Assembly: GCF_009914755.1 (NCBI RefSeq)
Contig: NC_060926.1
DNA: 64,000 bases
DNA from: the human T2T-CHM13v2.0 reference genome, Homo sapiens
Strand: one strand, 5' to 3'
This document shows, in pieces, positions 53,945 to 64,000 of this stretch. Position 1 is the first letter of the stretch; the number at the start of each line of letters is the position of its first letter. Below the pieces are notes generated by a model. It was given only the letters and a program-made list of their open reading frames with translations. It did not search any database and was not told the origin of the DNA. Position numbers and translations under genes: made by a program.

Positions 53945-54666
53945 AAAAATCAACTTCACAAAATGGTTGCAAAAGTCAGCAAAACAATAACAAAAATCTC
54001 CCTTCCCTTCAAGGGCTGTAAAATTCAAAATGGTTCACATTAGTAAAAAGCCCAGGCTTTTGCTTTTTGGGAAATAAATATTACAATATAATTCCCCTGA
54101 ATAACTTTGTCCCCATGCCCAAAAGAAGGCAAGGCACAAATTGCAACCTATTTGTGGAGCTGCAATGAGCTGCCTTTTCTTGTAATTGTCTGTGCCCCCC
54201 AGGGACACCTGACCTTGCTTATCTGAGCATGAGCTCGCTGCTGAGTTCAGTCTGGACCTCTCCATATCTACACACGCTGGCTGGTAAATTAAGCAGGCCT
54301 CTCCATGCAGGTGGCCTGGCTTGCATATGTACTGCCTTCGTGGCCCAGTGACAAATGCTTGGTGTTATCATGGGTGTTACACACCAAAGTCCATGGAGAC
54401 ATTGGAGAAGTCAATGGGTCTGAAGTCATAAAGGAAAATAGGCACATGCCACCTGGGCTCTTTTATTTCAGTGTGTTTCTATGACACTTCTCTTTTATAT
54501 TACTGTATATCGAGGTAAGGGTAGAATAATCATCACAATTTATTTGGAGGCTGGGATTTTATAGTGGAACAAATGTTTGGTTATTATTCCATATGTGTTT
54601 ATATTTGTGTACATTATCTTCCAAAAGAAAAAATTACCAAACAACCTAATATAAAGATCATGCTTC

Positions 54667-54977
54667 GCAGGGTGCAGTGGCTCACACCTGTAATTGTAGC
54701 ACTTTGGGAGGCCGAAGTGGGCAGATTGCCTGAGCTCAGGAGTTCGAGACCAGCCTGGGCAACATGGTGAAACCCCATCTCTACTAAAATATAACAGAAA
54801 TTAGCCAGATGTGGTGGTGTGTGCCTGTAGTCTCAGCTACTCAGGAGGCTGAGGCAGGAGAATTGCTTGAACCCAGGAGGCAGAAGTTGCAGTGAACCGA
54901 AATAGCGCCACTGCACTCCAGCCTGGGGGACAGAGCAAGACTCCATCTCAAAAAAATAAATAATAATAATAATAAAA
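54667..54977 (+). mobile_element. AluS
   Basis: Full dimer; TSD aaagatcatgcttc / aaagatcgtgcttc. Confidence 0.93.
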
Positions 54978-55790
54978 AAAGATCGTGCTTCATAAACAGA
55001 AAGATCTAGATTTAAGTGTAGCTTAGGGAAGGTCTCTCTTTGAGGGTAGGGACTGTGTCCTGCCTACTATTCTGTCTCCACTGCCTAGGACATGCCTAGC
55101 ACATACACATTTGTCCTATGAATGATCAAACAATAATTGTCAGAAGTATTTGATTCATCACAGAGTCTTAATTTGTGTTTATCTCCCTCAAACCTCTTCC
55201 TTCTCGCTCCAATCTTTAGAAGAAGGAAGTTCTCATCTGTGTGTCCCATAATAAAAGGAGCCTGTGTGATTCAGCCACCATCAGGCTGCATACTGTCTTG
55301 TGAGGCTTTAAGAAGGACATGGCATTTTGGCTGGGTTGCACATTTCCGCAGTGAATGGTGGAAAGGAAAGGCACTTCAGGAGGATGAAAAGGTACTAAGA
55401 ATGCAAAGGTGAAAAACTGCATGGGACAACCTGCTGGAGAAGAGACTAGGAGATAGAGCCAAATCCTAGAGGTTCTTAAATGCCAAAATAATTCTTCTTC
55501 TGTGTTCTGCTCTCCTGAGTTAGCTCAGCTGTCAGATGGGTTGTGTGCATGAGTCGACCTACCACAGTGCCAGGAGGTAACACTATAACATGATCCCCCG
55601 CTTCACTCTGTTTCCCTTTGCCAGGCACAGGGAGTTCACAACCGAAGGAGGCTGTGCTCAGCTGGTGGGCTCTTGGAGCAATGCGCCTTCTGATAATCCT
55701 TTTAGAGCCTCTGCTAAATCAGTCCTCACTCCGTGCTTCTCCTAAGAGAACTAGACATTAAGTCTTAAGACATTTGAGAGCTGTAATTAG

Positions 55791-56127
<337 letters not shown>

Positions 56128-56769
56128 TTTTTTTTTATTTTTAAATGATTGCTTAGGAACACTGAAGTCCAAACTGTAAGTTGAGAGCCTTACACAGTCT
56201 CAAAATCTAGCACAAGTCATCAAATAATAAATAATAGACTCTCTTAGCAGCCTTCCCTTTAATAACAATAAGGACACCAAATGACCTCAGCACTACAGCA
56301 AGATCCTGTGGACCCTTCTAGTTGGAGAAATCCAGAAAGTCCTGGGGAGGAGGTAGAGTCCCTTGAGGACTGAGAGGCAGTGAGTGGCTATTTAACAATT
56401 AGTATAGAAGTACTAGGTTAAATCACATGATATTACTGATATTTAACCGTTTGGGGCCTATAATACTGTCAATTTCATAGGGTTCTGGCTAATACCTCAC
56501 TATGTTAGTAACAACACAGCCCTATCAGTACGTACATACCAGAAAGGAAGCAGAGATTATGTCTCCCTAATAATGGGCAAAGTTCAACTCTTGAGTTGTA
56601 TTTAAGTAGCACAAATAAATATAATCTGGTAGGTATTTAGTTCACCTTATCCATGCAGGCACGCAGATATTTTAGATCACAAGTAGAAGGTGCTGAGATT
56701 GGAGGCACACCTTTTCTCCACACCCCATGCAGAAGCAGCTAACCTCTTGGGGGCATGTTTCAGGTTCTC

Positions 56770-56950
56770 AATATTGTTCTAAGACCATTCTGTGAGTTCA
56801 CTTACTAACTTCTTACACAACCCTACATGGTGGATTCTATCATCACCCCCATCTTATGAAGAAACTAAGACAGAGAAATAGTTTCCAAAGTCCAATGTGA
56901 GTGATAGCAGAGATTGGTTTTGCACCCAAGCTGTCTCCAAACTCTGTGCA
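56770..56950 (-). mobile_element. MIR
   Basis: acaaccctacatgg...ccccatcttatgaagaaactaagacagaga. Confidence 0.6.
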
Positions 56951-56952
56951 TT

Positions 56953-57434
56953 TGTATTGGTCAGGGTTCTGCAGAGAAACAGAACCAACAAGAATACATA
57001 TATATAAGAAAAAGTTTCTAATCAGGGATTGGTTCACACGATTATGGAGGCTGAGAAGTCCCACAATCTGTTTTCTACAAACTGGAGGCCCAGAAAAGCC
57101 AATGGTGTAGTTCTGGTACAAGTCTGAAAGCCTGAGAACCACGAGTCTGTGTCTATATAAGCAGTGTCTATGTCAATGTCTGAAGGCAGGAGATGATGGA
57201 TGTCTCAGTGCAAGCAGAGAGCAACCTGCCTTTCCTCCACCTTTTTGTTCTATTCAGGCTGTTAACGGATTGAGTGTGCCCACCCACACTGAGGACAGCA
57301 ATCTTCACTCAGCCTACTGATCCAAATGCCAATCTCTTCTGCAAACATCCTCCCAGACACTCCCAGAAATGTTTTACCAGCTATCTGGGCATCCCTTAGC
57401 TCAGTTAAGGTGACACATAAAATTAACCATCACA
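56953..57434 (-). mobile_element. MLT2B-like LTR
   Basis: tgtattggtcagggttctgcagagaaacagaacc...tgacacataaaattaaccatcaca. Confidence 0.88.
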
Positions 57435-58154
57435 GCAGGTCAACAGCACTCTAGAGCTGGCTTGGGATCCAATGTGAGGCCAACAGAGGAGGCAGGGCAT
57501 AGCAGACATTTGAAGATCAAAATGGCAAGTTTATTACCAACAAAAGCTGGGTTGGTACACAGGGCTTAGTACAACTATGGAAGATGGTAGACATCCACCT
57601 CTGAAAGACAGATTTGCCACTTGGTCAACTGCAGGTCCCCCTTATGGGGGTGTGCTGCTCCGGCAGGACAGAGAGTGGATGGGAAGGTCAGCATTGTGCA
57701 GACAGTCTAGAGAGAAAAAGAGAGCCCTGCAAGAGGCTGAGCTGAGCTGAGTTCCTTTTCCTGAAGTTACCAGTCAGATACTGTCTAAAGGAATAAGGAA
57801 AGGGTGGTCAACAGAGGTCCCTGAAGAGAACTCAGGGTGACCTATGAAATTGGAGAGCGGAAAAATTGCTTCTTTATTGTCTATCTGTTAAATTGCTTCT
57901 TTAACCTCTATCTGACCTACTAACCTGTAGCTGAAATTTAGCATTTCCTTCAGTTATGAAAGAAAGCTATAAGCCAGACTTACAGGAGCAGGGCTTGTGA
58001 CTCTGTCAGCAACAGACGTCTCAGACATTTTCATACTACGGTATGACTGTGCAGAGATCTGGAATCACCCTTGTGTATATCATGACTTCAAAATTTTGGA
58101 AATTCAGACCTGCTGCTAAATCTTGTTATTAGTACATTAAGAAATACATATATT

Positions 58155-58467
58155 GGCCAGAGGCAGTGCCTCCCACCTGTAATTCCAGCATTTTGGGAGG
58201 CCAAGGTGGGCAGATCACTTGAGCTCAGGAGTTTGAGACTAGCCTGGGCAACATGGCAAAACCCCATCTCTACAAAAAATACAAAAATTAGTCAGGCATG
58301 ATGGCGCATACCTGTAGTCTCAGCTACTTGGGAGGCTGTGGTGGGAAGATGCCTTGAGCCCAGGAGTTGGAGGTTGCAGTCAGTTGAGATCATGCCACTG
58401 CATTCCAGCTTAGGTGACAGAGTAAGGCCCTGTCCTAAAAAAAAGAAAAAAAAAGAAAAGAAAAGAA
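58155..58467 (+). mobile_element. AluJ (Jb-like)
   Basis: Full dimer; TSD aagaaatacatatatt / aagaaatatacatatt. Confidence 0.92.
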
Positions 58468-60030
58468 AAGAAATATACATATTACTATATGATAAATTTA
58501 TATGTTTTAAAGTATTTTCATAATCATATTCTGAGATAATTAATCTCTATAATTCTATGTGTTGTCTTGTATAATTTTAAAACATTATTCTGAGAAGGAA
58601 TTCGTAGGCTCTACCAGACTTCCAAAGAGACCTCAAAAAATTTAAGACCCTTTGCTCTAGAAACAACAGCCCTTCCTCCACTGCTCTGCCCTAAAAGATG
58701 TTTCTTTTACACTAAATAATCTTGTTTCTCTAGGTTTGATGTCTCTTTCCTCTACTTCATGAATCTGCCCCATCTCTCCATTAGAGTCTTTAAAACACAG
58801 GGCTTTAAATGGAAGTCTCTCATGCTAGACTAGTAGGTTGGAGTTTTTTTTCTTTCTATCCTGCCTTCTCTTAATCACAAATTGCTTCAACTGTGCAAAA
58901 GTGTTAAATGTATATTTTTATTTTTGTTTTATGTATTCATGTCCTGACTTGTTCCAAAAATAGTTTTAGGGATTATTAAAATGATGCCTTTTAGGATCAT
59001 CATGCTGCAATGTGACTAATTCTAGTGATTGACTCTTCCGCTTACAGCTGCCCAAGTACCTTGCCCTGAGTTTCCTTTTAAGCTCCACTTCCAGTCCAGG
59101 CACAGGGCAAGGCAGGGGCTCCTCCCAGAAAAATGCGTAAGAAACTGCTGCCACCAACATTGAGGGATGATTCACTTCTAGTTTACAAAAAATAGAATCA
59201 AAATTCTTGTTCCAGATACCACTTTAATAGTTTAATTACATGTGTACATCAGGAAAGTTTTCACCAAAATGAGTTTGTGTCTTACCCTAAGGATAGCCCA
59301 CCTCATTGCAGGAGTCTTGGTAAGGATCAAACTCAGCTTTGCCTGGAGTAGAAAAGACTAAGTAGAGTTAATGCTTTCTTTTTGTTGCATAATTTCTCAT
59401 TGTCCAACTGGGAAATTGAAATTAAGAGAGAAAAAGAAAGAGACAGACACAGCCTGATGATTTAATGCAGACCTAATCTTAAGTCTTCAATTAGATTTTA
59501 TTGGTCTTCTACTAGCTTCTTTTTGGAATTTCTTTTTTTTTTTTTAAGTAATAGCCCACATATTTGCTCCGAAAACTCAAGTCTTTCTCCATATTCAATC
59601 GTATCATGACATCCAATTCACCTTGTTCATTTATACTGCTATTTTGAAAGCCTTTAGAATTTGATTCTCTCTCTCCTGAAACTTCTTTGAGGAAAAAGAA
59701 AATATGGAAATGGATTTCCTTCCCTATCTCTGCCAAATATAAACAATTCATACAGGACCACTAGCAAGAGTGCTGCTGGCTCATGTAACATAGACTGTGC
59801 CCAGGCTGGAACAAGCTTATCTGGGCACACTCTGGGAGGAGAGCTATGTATGTGGTCAGCCTCCTCAGAGGATCTGAAACTCATATGAATTTATCAGTGC
59901 ATCCCACCTGGTACTGATATGTGTATAAAAATATCTGAATGGGTTCTTTAACTCAAGACTTTATAAAGAATCTACTGAAAGTGATGAAATAAAAACCCAG
60001 AAGGAGACTACCAATTAATATAAGCACTGT

Positions 60031-60054
60031 ACACACACACACACACACACACAC
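60031..60054. repeat. (CA)n microsatellite
   Basis: Direct reading. Confidence 0.95.
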
Positions 60055-61101
60055 CCCACAGCAGTGCCACAGCTGCCACCACCACACCCAGAAAACAAAT
60101 TACAAACACTGTACTATAAAGTTCTGGTATTCACTTCTCAAACCTTTCTTACAAAGGAATTGATAAAAATTCTTAGCCAAGTCCAGAAAAGGGTACTGCC
60201 CTGGTTTAGCCTGTCCATATCCTCTCTTGCTATCACGGTCTCAATTCTGCTGCCTAAAGACCTATTTCTAGTGGTTCTAAACCTATTTGCACCAATGTGT
60301 TCTTTCCTTTTAGCAAGCCATTTAATATTGGCTGTAAATGATTCTCAGTCTGCAGTTGCTTTAAGTGACAATTTTAAGTACACAGTCTTTAGCAACCTCA
60401 TTCCTACCGTGATTGCTTTCATTCAATGCCTTCTGAAATGCTAGCCACCTGTCAACATGGACATGGTCATTATGCTTGCAAGGCACTCGAATTCTGCCTT
60501 TATTCTGCACCTAGAGTCACTCCATCGTTGGAGTCCTGTCCAGCCTCTGAGAGGCTACAGCATTTCAGAGGACTTTTAAAGCAAATGACATTAATTTCCA
60601 GATTGTATCCAAATCGAAAGAGGTCTCCTATATATGTGGAACTCATGGACCTCTTGATAGTTCCTGGATAGCCCCTTTCAACGTGCTCCTCAGGGCACAT
60701 GCAAAAGGCCTTAGAATTACACCCTTCATTCCCACGGTCTGGTAGGCAGTACCAGGGGTTCTCAACCCTGAGGCTGTGACACTATGTATATTAGTCAAAC
60801 ATGAGATATTTTGGAAATAAATCGTTACTGAAGTTAGAAAACGATTGGCTTCTTTAATAAGTCAGAGCCAATTCCAGGTTATTCCCATAACAGTGGCAAC
60901 TGTACTTACCCTTCTTTTTATGCAAGAAAAACCTATGGACATTTGCACCAGGAATAAAATGTAGTCTAAGACCCAAGTTATCTATGCCACGGACCCCTAA
61001 TTCTTGCAATGATAAGAACTGTTATTGCTGTTATTACCTCCATTTCCCCCCTCCCATTTTGGGGTTTCAATGAAATCTGAGTATATACAGGAAGTATGTG
61101 G

Positions 61102-61934
<833 letters not shown>

Positions 61935-62021
61935 GTAGTTGTGTCAACGTCAATAACTATACTAGTAAAGAGTGTGTATGGAGGTGGTGGCGGGTGGGGC
62001 ATGGAGAAAATTTAAAATGTC

Positions 62022-62426
62022 TGATATAGTTTGGATATTTGTCCTCGCCCGAATCTCATGTTGAGTTGTAATCTCCAATGTTGGAGGAGGGGCCTGGTGA
62101 GAGGTGTTTGGGTCATGGGGGCAGATCCCTTGTGGTTGGGGGCTGTCCTTGCCATAGCGAGTGGGTTGTCAACGAGACCTATTTGTTGTGAAGTGTGGCA
62201 CTTCCCATCCCCCTGCTCTCGGTCTCTTGCTGATGTGATGTGCCTGTTCCCACTCTGTCTTCTGCCATAGGTAAAAGCTTCCTGAGGCCTCCCTAGTAGC
62301 AGAACAAAGGCCAGCACCCTGCTTCCTGTACAACCTGCAGAACTGTGAGCCAATTAAATCTCTTTTCTTTACTAATTACCCAGTCTCAGGTATTTCTTTA
62401 TAGCAATGCAAGAACAGCCTAATACA
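62022..62426 (+). mobile_element. MSTB solo LTR
   Basis: tgatatagtttggatatttgtcc...gcaatgcaagaacagcctaataca. Confidence 0.9.
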
Positions 62427-63618
62427 ATACCTGAGCCACTACTGATCCCTTTTGCAATCACCCTGGGCAGTACAAACCTAGAAATAACCATTCTAAGTAA
62501 GACCACCAGAAATGGCCAATATTTAACCATTTCTGACCCATAAAAAGAGAAAGTTCATATGGTTTAATTTAATATTATTCACATTGCATTTAAACATTTA
62601 AATCTGGAAAACAGATTGACAAAAATTACCCAGATCTACCCAAAGGGTCTGCAGGTGCAGGAAGCAGACAGCTTAAAATGGTTTTATATTGTTTCATTTC
62701 ATTTCACTTTAACCAAGAAGATTGCAATGATATACATTGTTGTAAATGCTTCCTTGTTTATGCTCATGTTTGGATAGCTACATCTGAGAATAGTGATGGA
62801 ATTTCTTCCTCAGAAGAAATTGCAAGGAGAGTACTTCAACACTACAAAAGAGTCTGTCAGTAGAATTTAAGAATAATTGCATTAAATTCTCCAGAAATGG
62901 ATAGCTGTTGTTTTAAATTTTCTGAGAAAACATTTAACACAGAGGAATAAATTATCTCAACTTGAATTTCTCTGATTGAGTGTCTCCATCAGTAAAGGGT
63001 GCTATTATGCCTGCCACTATAAGTTGACCCCAAAATACAAATTAAAATGTGTGAAGTGGAGGAATGATTATATTCTTTTAAAGTTTTCACTACATTTTAA
63101 TTTCTCAAGATAATTTGGTGGTTGTTGGTGTTGTTACAATAAAGGCATTCAGCAAATACATTATAAGTGAGCTTTACCATGCTGGAATTCCTCCTTAATG
63201 TATTTAACTGTATGTATGGAACTAGGTCATGCTCCATTGCCAAGATCGTAACAATTGTTATTTCAAAACAAAGGTGTGGCCATAAATAGTTTAAACATTG
63301 GCAATCTAGATCTTCCTCTTTTTAGTACTTAATTGCCATAAAATCAGAAATGCTCAGCACTTCAGGTCTTGCCTTTTAATTAAAAGTTTAAAATATATGC
63401 ATCATGAAAATGCCTTAAACATTGTATCAAGTCCAGGCCAATTAGGATCAGAGAATGTATTCAGAGATAGCTTTACCAGTTGACATTTCCAAAAGATTTC
63501 AACCTCTGATAAGGGAGGAAAAAAGAATATGGAGAGGAAAAAAATGTTCAATTGGCCATTCCTTGATTACTGAGCCATAACCATATAATTTTTTCAACAC
63601 AACAGTGGCAATGCAGGT

Positions 63619-63857
63619 TTTATTAGTCTACTCAGGTTGATATAACAAAAAACCACAGTCTGAGTAGCTTAAACAACAGACAATTATTTCACACAGTTCT
63701 AGAGGCTGGAAATCTAATATCAAAATGCTGGTGGATTTGGTTCTTGGTGACATCATCTCTCTGGCTTGTAGACATCTGCCTTCTCACTGTGTCCTCACAT
63801 GACGGGAGGAGAAAGAGAGAGGACTCTGGTTTTTCTTTGTCTTATAAGAGCACTAGT
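63619..63857 (-). mobile_element. MLT1A0/B-like LTR, interrupted by L1
   Basis: gcttaaacaacagacaattatttcacacagttctagaggctggaa...gtgtcctcacatg. Confidence 0.78.
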
Positions 63858-64000
63858 GTCTTAAATTTAAGTCCTTGATCCATCTTGAGTTGATTTTTGT
63901 ATAAGGTGAGAGATGAGGATCCGGTTTCATTCTCCTACATGTAGCTTGGCAATTATCCCAGCACTGTTTGTTGAATAGGGTGTCCTTTTCCCACTTTATG
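63858..64000 (-). mobile_element. L1 (L1PB-like) ORF2 fragment running off the window
   Basis: tttaagtccttgatccatcttgagttgatttttgtataaggtgagagatgaggatcc...ttgttgaatagggtgtcc. Confidence 0.88.

Overview
Primate (most likely human/hominoid) non-coding genomic DNA. The window is dense in interspersed repeats: about 20 Alus (J, S and Y lineages, FLAM), many MaLR solo LTRs (THE1, MST, MLT1), MLT2, LTR16-like and MER67-like LTRs, a 1.5-kb LTR12 (ERV9) solo LTR, L1/L2/MIR fragments, hAT DNA-transposon relics and microsatellites. No credible protein-coding exon, RNA gene or CRISPR array was found, and the ORF track is consistent with repeat-derived or chance ORFs. I cannot name the locus. Repeat subfamily calls come from recalled consensus sequences and were not computed. 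Most noteworthy: (i) an LTR12 solo LTR with an intact CCAAT array, followed on the same strand by well-formed candidate exons (possible ERV9-driven lncRNA); (ii) a perfect 76-bp tandem duplication carrying a palindromic MRE-type motif; (iii) a tail-less AluY-like element with an internal inverted duplication; (iv) a compound VNTR made from an MLT2 LTR terminus; (v) an AP-1 motif cluster; (vi) a perfect 29-bp palindrome; (vii) several nested insertions with readable TSDs. I see no evidence of a wholly new biological system.
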